Shown: one piece after another, positions 29,925 through 40,027 of the stretch
Layout of the letters: each line of letters opens with the position of its first letter
Numbering within the stretch: the stretch's first letter is position 1
From: Candidatus Bathyarchaeia archaeon
GTDB lineage: Archaea; Thermoproteota; Bathyarchaeia; 40CM-2-53-6
Assembly: GCA_049517415.1 (NCBI GenBank)
Contig: JBEKSC010000005.1
Coordinates: 1-64,000, forward strand
DNA: 64,000 nucleotides
Direction: 5' to 3'
Position numbers and translations under genes: made by a program
The notes under the pieces: generated by a model
What the model was told of the DNA's origin: nothing
Seen by the model: only the letters and a program-made list of their open reading frames with translations
The model's database searches: none

Positions 29925-30581
29925 TCAACTCGTGGGCTGTGTAGTCGGCTCTTTCTTAGGTTGGATTAATGCGTCCGTCGTAGCTTTAGCGCCGGCTCCG
30001 GGTGGCTTTGGAGGAGCGGATTGCGCAGGTGTTGGCTGTGATGGTTGTCCAGCGGGCGGAGGCTTAACTGGGGCAGCGGGCGTGGCCGGTCTAGGGACAA
30101 CGGGCGCTGGTTTTCCAGTAGCGGGCAGGGGCGGTTTGGCTGGGGTAACGGGTGGAGGCGGAGCTGGTGTAACATATTTCACTCCGAGATATTCGTACAA
30201 TAATTCGACGCCTTCTTCGGTCGTAGCAATGAAGATCTGGTATTGGCCGTGTAGGTCGCGTGCGATTTTCGCAATTCCTTCTGGTTCAAGGCCTAGGGAT
30301 GAAGTGAACTTTGACCATCCGCTCATCTTCCTAGCAATAACGTGAGTGACGCCATTCCATAGCATCTCGGAGAGGCCGCGGGGTAGCTTCGACGGCAGTT
30401 TCGCGAATCCGACAATGATGTAACCGTGCTTCTTGACCAAGTCCTTGAGGTGCGCGAAATCCAACGGGCGGTTAAAGCGAACCCAGAACTGGTCACCCGT
30501 AGGGTAGGGTACGTGCTCAACTTTCTCGATGCCTTCAATAAACCTCAGCTCAACCACTCTGCGTCCAAGGTCTCCAACCAC
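29925..30581 (-). CDS. Hypothetical protein with Pro/Ala-rich C-terminal tail
   Basis: About 135-aa globular region followed by a low-complexity P/A/T tail. Confidence 0.7.
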   Translation of the reverse strand: MVGDLGRRVVELRFIEGIEKVEHVPYPTGDQFWVRFNRPLDFAHLKDLVKKHGYIIVGFAKLPSKLPRGLSEMLWNGVTHVIARKMSGWSKFTSSLGLEPEGIAKIARDLHGQYQIFIATTEEGVELLYEYLGVKYVTPAPPPPVTPAKPPLPATGKPAPVVPRPATPAAPVKPPPAGQPSQPTPAQSAPPKPPGAGAKATTDALIQPKKEPTTQPTS

Positions 30582-30882
30582 AAGGCATCGCCCGAATTTG
30601 TTTGGGCTGAGCAGCCTAGCGCTTAAAAATCGAGCGTTTTCACGCCTACCAGCGCATCAGCGTCCAGAGTGCATTCTGGCCGATAATCGTTTCATGTAAA
30701 CGGCCTTTCACAACCCACAGAAGACACAACTCATAATGCCCAAAGGCATGGCGTGAGGAAATCGTGTCGGTGTAAATGGTACATCCCAATCACTGAAGAA
30801 ATGCTTCGCCGAATGGGTAAGTTAACGTGACTTGGAACACTTAGAGCAGGGTTAGAAAAAGGAAAATGTTCCACCTTTCTAC

Positions 30883-33738
30883 CTAAGCCCTATCCCAAAA
30901 TGGCCTTGTCGTTATGAACTTGAGTTTCGCTTCCAAGAGATCCTTGTAAAACAACTTGTCATCGTCGTGCATCTTCGCGAGGATTCGGCTGGCTGTTTGC
31001 GGCCCGATGCCGTAAACGCACTGAGCTATTATGGCCCGTTGTCCGTATGATAGGACCAGGTCGGCTGAGCGTCTGGCTCGGGCGAGCGTATCTCTTTCCG
31101 CGTCCTCCAGAGTCTTAGCTTTGAGTTTCTTCTCCAATAAGCGGGAGAGATAGTCTGTGGACCACGTAGAAACAGCCAAGAGGCCTGAGCGGCAGGACGA
31201 GCACTTTGGCTTGTTTGGGAGAGCCTTGACAACTTGGGCTTGCATCAATTCTCCACATTCGAAGCAGAGCAAATCAACAGTCATATTTCCCAAGCTGTAC
31301 TGGAGCCTCGCAATCGTATCCCTCTCCACAGTCTCTGGAGCGATTAATTCCGGTACGTCGACGTGTTTGTTGAGAAGGTGAAACCCTAACGGGGTCGGCT
31401 TCTCTCCGGCCCTATAAAGTGCAACCTCCATCTCGCCTTCTCTTATCATCCGGTAGATTTCTCGCACGCGAGGGTAATCCACATGAAGCATTAACGCTTC
31501 GCGAATTGTTTCATCGTAAATTGGTGTCATCCGGAAACGTAAGCCAAGTTCCCTGAGGTTGTCACCTGAGAACATTAGCCCGCGCCGCATGGCCCCGAAA
31601 CGTTCGGCGATGAATTTCATGTAGTAACCAAACGGAAAGTGTCTGTGCAAAACGCCTTTGAATACGCCTTCAAGAACGCCCGCATCAAGATCGAAGATTG
31701 TTGCGCGCATTTCCTCCAAGGAAAGGTCGTCGGTGGGGCTGGTTAATTCTAGTAGGATACGGTAGGCATCAGCCCACCACTGCCTTACCAGGCCCTTCCT
31801 GGAGAGCAGTTCCTCGTAGACTTCACCAAGGGTATTGTTCACGGTTTCGCCGAACGAGGCGTGGATTATCAGGAACCTATCAAACGCCTCAAGTACAATC
31901 CGTCTGTCGGTTGGAACCGGTGCACCCATTTTTCTATGGCCGTCAATCTCCTCGACGATCTTGCGTATACCGAAACGTTCTGTCGGCCACTTACCGCTGA
32001 GGAGTGTGACCGCGGATGTCGGTGCGTTGGTTTCAAGTGATTGCACGACTTCTAACCGTAGGTGGCCGACTCTTTGAGCTAGCTCAAAAGGGATAGGCAG
32101 CATCTCTCCGTCCCATCCAGGGACGGCGGCAGTTGGGTCTTCAACCGGAGTCACGTAGACACGTGCATCATCAGAGATCTGCTCGATCTGCCAAACCTTC
32201 CCTTTTATGATGAAATGCAGGCCTAACCTAGCCTTGGTCATCATGAATTCCTCGCCTAGAATTCCGACAGACTGCTGAGTTGAAACATCGATGACTTGGT
32301 ACCTTCGTTCGTCGGGGATCATAGAGAGATTTTCGAAGTAGTATTGACGGGTTCTGCTCCCGCGAAATAGCAAGCCCCCTTCCTCTCTGAGGTAACGCAT
32401 CGTCTCCATGTAGGAGGCCACTCGGTCGAATTCTTCCCTAGACAACTCTCGATACGCGTGGGCTCGTCGTATCAGTGCAAACGCTTCGTCAGCCTTGATC
32501 CCATTTTCCGATTCCAAGACGGTGCCTGTTATTTGGTGCGCGAGCACGTCGAGTGCTTTCTCATGGATTTGCACTGGTTCAATTGATTTCTCCTGTGCTT
32601 TTTGAACCGCGGCGACAGATTCTAGGATGTCTTCCGTTGACACAGCCAAAATTGAGCCTTGGGACACTCGGTCCAGTCTGTGTCCTGACCGTCCCACACG
32701 TTGGATAAGGCTCGAAACCTGGCGAGGTGACATGTATTGGATTGTCAAATCCACATTTCCAATATCAATTCCGAGTTCAAGCGTTGAAGTGCAGACTAAG
32801 GCTTTGATTCTGCCATTCTTGAAATCATCCTCAACTCGCACTCTTTCTTCCTTGGGTAGAGAGCCGTGGTGAACGCCTACGTTCCGTTTAAGTTGATGAA
32901 ACTTCGAGCCCAAGGTTTCCGCGTTGGTGCGGCTGTTGACGAAGATTAAGGTCGATTCATGGTCCTCGACTAATTCCCATATCCTATTCAGTCGGGCGGC
33001 TGCCTCAGGGGCGGTGTACAGACTCTGTGCTACTATGTTGTCCTCGTCGGTTGGGTGCGGAAATTCAACGAAGTACTTTGCCTCTTTCGGAGGTAGAACC
33101 TGGATTACTTCATATGGCCTGTTTCCAGCTATGAATGCCCCGATTTGATCCGGATTCCCAACAGTGGCTGATAGGCCGATCCTCTGGAATTCATGGCCCG
33201 TTACTTTTCTGAGTCTCTCAAGCCCAATCATCAACTGGACGCCACGTCTGTCGCCCGCAAGTTCATGAACTTCGTCGATGACAACCCACCGAACGTGCTG
33301 CAGGTGGGAACGCATCAGTCTGCCGGGAAGGATTGCTTGTAGCGTTTCAGGCGTTGTAACCAGGAAATCTGGTGGCTTGAGTGCCTGTCTGCGTCTCTCC
33401 TTCTGCGGCGTATCGCCGTGTCTCACCTCAACTGTGAAGCCAAGTTTTGTTCGCCAGAAATCGAGGCGTTTCATAAGGTCCCGGTTCAATGCTCGCAACG
33501 GCGTTACGTATATTACCGAAATTCCTTGTCGCTTTTCCAGTTTCGTGAGCTGGTCTAGGATTGGGAGTAGAACTGCTTCAGTTTTTCCCGAACCAGTCGT
33601 GGCAATCAGCAGAATATTCGTACCACTCATGATCTTCGGAATAGCGACCAGTTGTGGGGGCGTTGGCTTCCTTAAGCCGGATTCGGCTAGGGCTTCCTGA
33701 ATCGCTTTTGAGAGGTTTGAAAAAACTTGTTCAGTCAG
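30883..33738 (-). CDS. lhr: Lhr-type ATP-dependent SF2 helicase with C-terminal Zn finger; probable CTG start (track starts at ATG 33630)
   Basis: Q motif KPTPPQ upstream of the ATG, TGSGKT, TPLRALNRD, DEVH, SAT, QRVGRSGH, C-terminal CFECG...CSSC. Confidence 0.92.
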   Translation of the reverse strand: MTEQVFSNLSKAIQEALAESGLRKPTPPQLVAIPKIMSGTNILLIATTGSGKTEAVLLPILDQLTKLEKRQGISVIYVTPLRALNRDLMKRLDFWRTKLGFTVEVRHGDTPQKERRRQALKPPDFLVTTPETLQAILPGRLMRSHLQHVRWVVIDEVHELAGDRRGVQLMIGLERLRKVTGHEFQRIGLSATVGNPDQIGAFIAGNRPYEVIQVLPPKEAKYFVEFPHPTDEDNIVAQSLYTAPEAAARLNRIWELVEDHESTLIFVNSRTNAETLGSKFHQLKRNVGVHHGSLPKEERVRVEDDFKNGRIKALVCTSTLELGIDIGNVDLTIQYMSPRQVSSLIQRVGRSGHRLDRVSQGSILAVSTEDILESVAAVQKAQEKSIEPVQIHEKALDVLAHQITGTVLESENGIKADEAFALIRRAHAYRELSREEFDRVASYMETMRYLREEGGLLFRGSRTRQYYFENLSMIPDERRYQVIDVSTQQSVGILGEEFMMTKARLGLHFIIKGKVWQIEQISDDARVYVTPVEDPTAAVPGWDGEMLPIPFELAQRVGHLRLEVVQSLETNAPTSAVTLLSGKWPTERFGIRKIVEEIDGHRKMGAPVPTDRRIVLEAFDRFLIIHASFGETVNNTLGEVYEELLSRKGLVRQWWADAYRILLELTSPTDDLSLEEMRATIFDLDAGVLEGVFKGVLHRHFPFGYYMKFIAERFGAMRRGLMFSGDNLRELGLRFRMTPIYDETIREALMLHVDYPRVREIYRMIREGEMEVALYRAGEKPTPLGFHLLNKHVDVPELIAPETVERDTIARLQYSLGNMTVDLLCFECGELMQAQVVKALPNKPKCSSCRSGLLAVSTWSTDYLSRLLEKKLKAKTLEDAERDTLARARRSADLVLSYGQRAIIAQCVYGIGPQTASRILAKMHDDDKLFYKDLLEAKLKFITTRPFWDRA

Positions 33739-33887
33739 CTTGCCAACCAGCCCTCACGTAGTTGCCTATTTTATAGAATCTGAAACAAAAAAACATTGAA
33801 GGGAATCAGTAGGATTGGGGCGTCTCGGTCACAGAACTGTGTCCTTTTATAATGAAAGGAATGCCTACTATCTTGGCGGTCTCAGAG

Positions 33888-34541
33888 ATGTACGAGTACC
33901 AAAATGTCAAACTGACCTGGTTAGGACACGACGGCTTCAGAATTCAGGACGGGCAAGTCCTATACATTGACCCGTATCAAATCGAAGGCGGGCCCAAAGC
34001 AGATCTTATTCTCGTCAGCCACGAGCATGATGACCATTGCAGCGTCGATGACTTGAAGAAGATCATCACTCCCAACACAACGATCGTCGCGCACGCCCAA
34101 TCCAAGAACGAATTATCTAAGCTGAAAGTGAAAGAGATCAAGATCATAAAACCGGGCGACAAGGTCAAGTTCGGTGATATTGAGGTTGAAGCCGTCCCGG
34201 CTTATAATCTGAACAAGTTCCGTGAACCAGGAAGAGTCTTCCACCCGAAAGAGGATGGGAAATTAGGGTTCATCGTAACCGTGAAGGGAGTTCGCATTTA
34301 CCACGCGGGTGACGCGGATCATATTCCTGAAATGAAGAACATACGGGCTGACGTCGCTCTCATCCCGGTGTCAGGCACTTATGTAATGACTGCGCAAGAA
34401 GCGGCTGAAGCGGTAGGGTCAATTAATCCAAAAGTCGCCATTCCCATGCATTACGGCGCAATAGTAGGCAGCAGAAAGGACGCTGAAACCTTTCAAACGC
34501 TCGTTAAGTGTGACGTCAAGATCCTGGAAAAAGAACGCTAA
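33888..34541 (+). CDS. MBL-fold metallo-hydrolase (UPF0173/UlaG-like)
   Basis: WLGH, IDP, SHEHDDH, YHAGD, IPMHY; TTTTATAA at 33845-33852. Confidence 0.9.
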   Translation: MYEYQNVKLTWLGHDGFRIQDGQVLYIDPYQIEGGPKADLILVSHEHDDHCSVDDLKKIITPNTTIVAHAQSKNELSKLKVKEIKIIKPGDKVKFGDIEVEAVPAYNLNKFREPGRVFHPKEDGKLGFIVTVKGVRIYHAGDADHIPEMKNIRADVALIPVSGTYVMTAQEAAEAVGSINPKVAIPMHYGAIVGSRKDAETFQTLVKCDVKILEKER

Positions 34542-34569
34542 CCTATCCGCGTCGGAAGTCATTCCATAA

Positions 34570-35352
34570 TTATTTTGGCAGTTGCCGCTCAGGTGGCCCT
34601 GTGTATACGATCTCATTCCATCGGGCAGACTTGTACGGTTTCTCACTATACATCTGCTCATAGGCGTGTGCAATCAGGCCTGGTGTTCGACTTACAATGA
34701 AGAAAGCCTTTCCCAACCTCCAATCAAATCTCATATCTGATATTATGGCAGCGATGCAACCATCTACATTCAATATGAGGTGTTTACCGAAGAACTTCTC
34801 AGTCAACGACTCGATGGCCTGAGCAAGTTCAACGTGTCGCCCAAGGAGCTGAGTCTCTTTCGCAATCTCCAGAAGCCTCATGGTTCTGGGGTCTTTAGTG
34901 TGGGTCGGATGCCCAAACCCAGGAATTCGCTCCTTGCGGCTTGTAACTTTCCGTAGAATTTTCTCAGCGCATTCTTTCGGTGAGAGCTTTGTGTCCTTCA
35001 TGTCGGCGATCCCTTCCTGGAGTATTTTCGCCGCCTGCTCTATAGCGCCGCCGTGCCAATCTCCAATCGCGGTGACCCCGGCAGATACGGCAGATTGCAA
35101 CGGGACGCCGCATGATGCCACGAAACGTGTCGCGTCGACTGAAGGCGAGTTCAGGCTATGTTCGAGGCAGACTGTGAGCAAAGCGTCCATCATGCGGGAG
35201 TGGTTAGATGATGGAAGTTCCCCTTGCCAGAGAAGATATGTCAAGTCAGAGTAGCTGTATCTTCCAACAAGATCCGTGAGGTTGTAGCCGCGGACCACGA
35301 TCTTGTTTGGTTCCACTTTTGAGATTGAGGTTTTCCAAAAGGGTTCAGGCAT
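34570..35352 (-). CDS. Citryl-CoA lyase / citrate synthase-family protein
   Basis: VRGY, EH, HGGAIE, IPGFGH..H..DPR, LNVDG. Confidence 0.85.
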   Translation of the reverse strand: MPEPFWKTSISKVEPNKIVVRGYNLTDLVGRYSYSDLTYLLWQGELPSSNHSRMMDALLTVCLEHSLNSPSVDATRFVASCGVPLQSAVSAGVTAIGDWHGGAIEQAAKILQEGIADMKDTKLSPKECAEKILRKVTSRKERIPGFGHPTHTKDPRTMRLLEIAKETQLLGRHVELAQAIESLTEKFFGKHLILNVDGCIAAIISDMRFDWRLGKAFFIVSRTPGLIAHAYEQMYSEKPYKSARWNEIVYTGPPERQLPK

Positions 35353-35382
35353 GTCTTTTGACCTGATTGGTGGTGTAGATTT

Positions 35383-36168
35383 CTACACTTTTGAAAACTT
35401 CGGCAGATACTGGAAGGTGTTGTCAGGAAGTTTCGTCTTTGAAAAGTCCGAGTATAGGAGCGGGTAATCCCGGATGCAAATTTCTGCTACCTGACCGAAA
35501 ACCTTACGGATTTCCACCTCTGCGCTAGGGTCTGTTCGCATTTCTATTATCCACCTCAAGGTTCTATGGTTCGCAGTCCAAATAATGTTGGTCGCAATGC
35601 CGTCTGGCAGGATACGGCGCAGGGCCGACGTTACTCGCTTCTTCTGTTCGAAGCTCATCTTGTCCCAGTCAAACCCCGATTCCAACTCACGATAATGCTT
35701 CTCAATATCCTCAACCGTTTCGACAAACCTCTTAGCGACCGGTTCGATATCAGGCGGAACCCAGACATTGACTTCTTTGGGGCGCACGTAGCGCAAGCTC
35801 TCCTGACTCATTGCTGTCCCGGCGCGATGCCTAACCAACTCATGGGTGAAAATCCTACTCACATTAAGAAAGGCAAAGGTTACTGTCGCGTGTTCGAGGA
35901 TGCTTCCATCCCCCTTTTCCAAAACGTTTGCGATGTAATCCTCGGGATTATCGCGAATCTTAGTCACATTAGGGTTGAGACCAACACCGAAACTCTTGTA
36001 GCAAGCACGGCCCGAGAGTTCAATGAGAAACTCGGATTCGTTTGGTTGAAGTTTCTTTGCTTTTTCCAACCACTCCGTTGCGCCGTAGTGCTTCGCTAAT
36101 CGTTCGACACCCTTTGGGTCGAGCCGCGTTTCAGCGAGTTTAATGACCGTAGGCTCAATACGAGTCAA
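35383..36168 (-). CDS. thyX: Flavin-dependent thymidylate synthase
   Basis: SILEH, SRIFTHELVRHR...SQESLRY. Confidence 0.95.
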   Translation of the reverse strand: MTRIEPTVIKLAETRLDPKGVERLAKHYGATEWLEKAKKLQPNESEFLIELSGRACYKSFGVGLNPNVTKIRDNPEDYIANVLEKGDGSILEHATVTFAFLNVSRIFTHELVRHRAGTAMSQESLRYVRPKEVNVWVPPDIEPVAKRFVETVEDIEKHYRELESGFDWDKMSFEQKKRVTSALRRILPDGIATNIIWTANHRTLRWIIEMRTDPSAEVEIRKVFGQVAEICIRDYPLLYSDFSKTKLPDNTFQYLPKFSKV

Positions 36169-36391
36169 ACGAAGGTCACCATGTCGAGCCCCTTTCTAGG
36201 GGGGATGAAGGGCTTCGCTCTTGAATTAGGTTTCGCAAGAACATGGGTCGTTCGAGCGGTGAGGACTACGGGAGATGCAAACATTAGTCATGTATGGGAG
36301 CGACGAATCATGCTGAGCCCATTTCATATCGGGAATAAGGCTAAATTACGGCTAGGCGAGTGGAAGTGAATTAGAAGGTGCCTCGAAGAGT

Positions 36392-36721
36392 TTGTCATGG
36401 AGTGAAGAACGAACAAAGGCTCTCGACGACATTAAGAAGCTTGAGCCTGCCGACCGCTTGGGACTCTACGCTTGTCTAATTCGGATGAATTCAGCGCTTT
36501 TTGAGAGCGTTCGCGGCTGGGACAGCTGGCTGAGAAACCCATCTTTCATTGACACGTTCACCGAGGAGGAATTGAAAGACATTTTCAAACAATTCAAGGA
36601 CGTTTGCCTTCGCTTCTTGGAAGAAGATGTAAAGTGGACTGGAAAGAAAGAGAAGAGCATACCAATGGCCTCCAAAACACCTAAGGTTGAACGTTCTGAA
36701 AGCGAGAGACGATACGCATAA
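36392..36721 (+). CDS. DUF2153-like conserved archaeal protein
   Basis: ADRL...S..GW..WL.NP.....F..EEL pattern. Confidence 0.75.
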   Translation: MSWSEERTKALDDIKKLEPADRLGLYACLIRMNSALFESVRGWDSWLRNPSFIDTFTEEELKDIFKQFKDVCLRFLEEDVKWTGKKEKSIPMASKTPKVERSESERRYA

Positions 36722-36759
36722 ATCACCCAGTCAAGGCGAGGTTCGGGAAGGTTGAATTC

Positions 36760-37224
36760 ATGAGCATCGCACCTTTTGTTCAAACTCCCCTCGAAGTTGC
36801 GAAGAAAATGTTGGACCTATCGCAAATCAAACAGGGAGAAGTTCTTTACGACCTTGGTTGTGGTGACGGTCGACTGATCATCCTAGCTGCGAAAGATGTT
36901 GGGGCGAAATCCACTGGCATTGAGTTGAGGGAAGATCTTGTCGAACGAGCCAGAACGGAGATCAAAAGATTGAACTTGGAAGACAAAGTGAAAGTGATTC
37001 AGGGAAACTTTTTCGACGTGAACATTTCGGATGCGAATGTGATCACGCTGTACCTTACTTCAAGTGCGAACGAGCGTCTTCGGCCAAAGTTAGAGGCAGA
37101 ATTGAAGCCTGGCGCGCGCGTAGTGTCCCATGACTTCAAAGTCCCCGGTTGGAAACCTGTCGGGGTTTATGATGAATTGCTCGGGCACACGATATACACA
37201 TACAAAATCGGCGAGCAGCTCTAA
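36760..37224 (+). CDS. Class I SAM-dependent methyltransferase, archaeal protein-lysine methyltransferase-like
   Basis: APFVQTP, YDLGCGDGR, LYL, ELKPGARVVSHDF. Confidence 0.88.
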   Translation: MSIAPFVQTPLEVAKKMLDLSQIKQGEVLYDLGCGDGRLIILAAKDVGAKSTGIELREDLVERARTEIKRLNLEDKVKVIQGNFFDVNISDANVITLYLTSSANERLRPKLEAELKPGARVVSHDFKVPGWKPVGVYDELLGHTIYTYKIGEQL

Positions 37225-37305
37225 GAGACTCCCGCGCTAATTTCATTGATGCCTTAAGTGTTTTATAGGAATGCGAAGGACTACGCAAACCCGCCGGTGT
37301 TAGAA

Positions 37306-38004
37306 ATGAAGATGGGAAGGCAAGCGTACATAGCTGAATTCATCGGAACATTCGTGCTAGTATTTTTCGGCTCCGTTTCAGTAACCATCTTCTTTCCAAT
37401 TACGGGGCTGGCATCGCCTGCTGCCACGTTCATAGGAATTGCCCTGGCCACCGGTCTAATACTAATGGTGATGGTCTACGCGATCGGCTCCATCTCAGGT
37501 TGCCACATTAACCCAGCCGTCACGATTACAGCTGTTGCGCTTGGAAAATTGGAACTTGACGACGGCATCGCATATGTTATTGCGCAAGTTCTAGGCGCAA
37601 CTTTCGCTGGCTTAACTCATAAGCTAATTTTGCCCGGTAATGGGGCCTTAACGGGTTTTGGTTCACCATACCCCTCAGCCTACATAGGACAAAGCGATGC
37701 TGTGGCGGTGGTCGTGGAGTTGATTATCACTTTCTTCCTAATGTTCTCCATGTACGCAGTGTTGTATACGAATAATGTCCCTGTTGGTGCGTCAGGGCTG
37801 TTAATCGGCATGACTTTGACTGCAGACATTCTGATTGCGGGACCTTTGACGGGTGGCGCAGCGAACCCTGCCCGAGCACTCGGGCCCGCAATAGCATCTG
37901 GCTCATTCGGGAGTTTGTGGGTGTATTGGGTTGGGCCCATTGTCGGAGCCCTACTCGCGGGCTTCGTCTACCAATCCCTACTGACCCCGAAAAAGCGAAG
38001 ATAG
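37306..38004 (+). CDS. Aquaporin/MIP channel
   Basis: AEFIGTF, SGCHINPAVT, NPARALG, WVYWVGP. Confidence 0.95.
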   Translation: MKMGRQAYIAEFIGTFVLVFFGSVSVTIFFPITGLASPAATFIGIALATGLILMVMVYAIGSISGCHINPAVTITAVALGKLELDDGIAYVIAQVLGATFAGLTHKLILPGNGALTGFGSPYPSAYIGQSDAVAVVVELIITFFLMFSMYAVLYTNNVPVGASGLLIGMTLTADILIAGPLTGGAANPARALGPAIASGSFGSLWVYWVGPIVGALLAGFVYQSLLTPKKRR

Positions 38005-38028
38005 AGCGACAACTTGTGGCTGTCGTGG

Positions 38029-38808
38029 CTACTTTCCATAGGCCTCATTGACATCTAGGTTCCGGTAGACGATATTGACGGTTATCCCTTCTCGTTCGAG
38101 GAGTGCCGGTAATCGTCCAGTGGCTGGCCGTCGAATTTCGGTAAGCATTTTCATTATTGCAGATTTCGGCGGAATTACGTGCTCGGCGCCTGCGCGAATT
38201 AGGGCGGTCTCGTAATCGTTCAACGTGGCCTTGATGCTCTTAGCCCAGTGCTCTTCCCTACCTTTCTGGGCTTTTTCACGCGGGATTTTTCCTTCCAATA
38301 GCAGCTTGTAGGGTTCGAAGCCTTCATCCAAAAAGACCGTGCGCTTGACGCTGGGTGGGTTTATGTCAGGGGGGCGAACGCCAACGAACCTGAAGGATTG
38401 TTGAAGTTCGTTCGTTTCGAATGGCACGCCTTCTAGGAAGAGTATCTCAGGAGCGAGTGATTCTGCGTGGCGTTGGCCGTTATATGCATTGTACACTGCG
38501 TTCGCAATCACGCGGAAGCTATCACTCATTGTGCGCACCATCTCCTCATCCCCTTCTGAGTAGACTTGAATTGTCCGCATTGCTTCGCGGTAGTTTTTCT
38601 CGGAAGGTGAAAATTCGAACATGAGCTCCAATGCTTGCTTGATGACATCCAAAGCCGAGTACTTAGCAAGGGACTTCTGGGGGACCCTGAACCTTTTCAG
38701 GTTGAGTTGCATCAGGGAGTTTACGGCTCTTCTCATATCTCTGACGAGTAATGCGTCGAAAGGGCAACTCTCAGCTATCGCGTAGATCACCTTTGGCTGA
38801 TTCGCCAA
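38029..38808 (-). CDS. Hypothetical protein, possible TraB/TIKI/EreA/ChaN-like fold
   Basis: hhLEG, RE..W...I and GAEH motifs in the expected order. Confidence 0.5.
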   Translation of the reverse strand: MANQPKVIYAIAESCPFDALLVRDMRRAVNSLMQLNLKRFRVPQKSLAKYSALDVIKQALELMFEFSPSEKNYREAMRTIQVYSEGDEEMVRTMSDSFRVIANAVYNAYNGQRHAESLAPEILFLEGVPFETNELQQSFRFVGVRPPDINPPSVKRTVFLDEGFEPYKLLLEGKIPREKAQKGREEHWAKSIKATLNDYETALIRAGAEHVIPPKSAIMKMLTEIRRPATGRLPALLEREGITVNIVYRNLDVNEAYGK

Positions 38809-39016
38809 TCACGTATCCCCCCTCCCATACCGTTGTCCAAAATCTGAATTCGGGTGGCAATTTAAGTAGCCGGATTTTCCGAAGATGCAAGATCAGATGT
38901 TTCGAGACTCGCAAAGGTCCCGTTCTCTTGCGATTGGCGGAGTTACGCAGAAGGCATAAAGAACTGGCTTGCGAATAGCAAGCGCAGTTGAGTGCAGCTT
39001 GGCGACAATAACTCAG

Positions 39017-40021
39017 GTGAACGAAATATCGGAGAATGACTATTCGAAGCATGGCTTGACGAAGGAAATGCTTCACGAAATGCTCCGCAAGATGCTTCTA
39101 CTGAGGAAGTTCGAGGAGAAAGTTGAGGAACTCTTCATGGTAAAAGGCCTCTTAATCGGCCCATCACACCTCTATCTTGGCCAAGAAGCAATCGCGGTAG
39201 GCGCTATGTCAGCTCTAAGGCCAGACGACTTGACGATAACAACGTACCGTGGGCATGGACACGCCCTCGCGAAGGATGTTCCTGCAAAGCTCTGTATGGC
39301 CGAGTTGTTCGGAAAATCTACAGGCAACTGCAAAGGCCTAGGGGGCTCAATGCATGTAGCAATCTACCCCAAGACCGGTTCTTTGTATGCCACGGCGATT
39401 GTCGGGAGCGGAATACCCATAGCCGCCGGCGTCGGTCTCGGCCTAAAGCAACAGAAGAGCGGGAAAATAGCAGCCACGTTCTTCGGGGATGGCGCCTGTA
39501 ACACAGGCTCGTTTCATGAAGGCGTAAACCTAATCGCGCTTTGGCATTTACCCGTCCTCCTCTTCTGTGAGAACAACAAGTACGCTATGTCAACCCCGGT
39601 GGAGAAGGCGGTTTCCAGCCCAAGCATAGCCGAGAGAGCCCATGCTTATGGAATGGAGACCACGGTCGTAAATGGAAACGATGTAGTCTCAGTTTATGTA
39701 GCCGCAAAGAACGCTGCTGAAAGGGCGAGGAAACTTTCTGATCCCACTTTCATCGAGTGTGTCACCTACAAAATGAAGGGCCACGGCGTATACGACAAAG
39801 GCGACTACCGCCCGAAGGAAGAAGTAGCCAAATGGTTAGACCGAGACCCAATTCTCACATTCAAGAGTCGAATGCTCCAACTGGGCCTGTTAACGGATAA
39901 TGAAGTTGTGAAAATGGAGACGGCGGTGAAGCAGGAAATTGAGGAAGCCGTAGTCTTTGCAATGCAGAGTCCCGTTCTGCCGTTCGAGGAAATCAACCAG
40001 TACGTATACGCGGAGAAGTGA
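39017..40021 (+). CDS. 2-oxoacid/acetoin dehydrogenase E1 alpha
   Basis: HLYLGQEA, YRGHGH, GGSMH, FGDG...N.Y TPP motif. Confidence 0.93.
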   Translation: MNEISENDYSKHGLTKEMLHEMLRKMLLLRKFEEKVEELFMVKGLLIGPSHLYLGQEAIAVGAMSALRPDDLTITTYRGHGHALAKDVPAKLCMAELFGKSTGNCKGLGGSMHVAIYPKTGSLYATAIVGSGIPIAAGVGLGLKQQKSGKIAATFFGDGACNTGSFHEGVNLIALWHLPVLLFCENNKYAMSTPVEKAVSSPSIAERAHAYGMETTVVNGNDVVSVYVAAKNAAERARKLSDPTFIECVTYKMKGHGVYDKGDYRPKEEVAKWLDRDPILTFKSRMLQLGLLTDNEVVKMETAVKQEIEEAVVFAMQSPVLPFEEINQYVYAEK

Positions 40022-40027
40022 TTTGAG

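Noticed and set aside
29940..30170. GC-rich repetitive-looking DNA
   Set aside because: Explained by the Pro/Ala-rich tail of ORF 29925-30581; not a nucleotide tandem repeat
30640..30830. Short Cys-containing frame between the hypothetical gene and lhr
   Set aside because: Only about 25 codons from the available start and no recognisable motif
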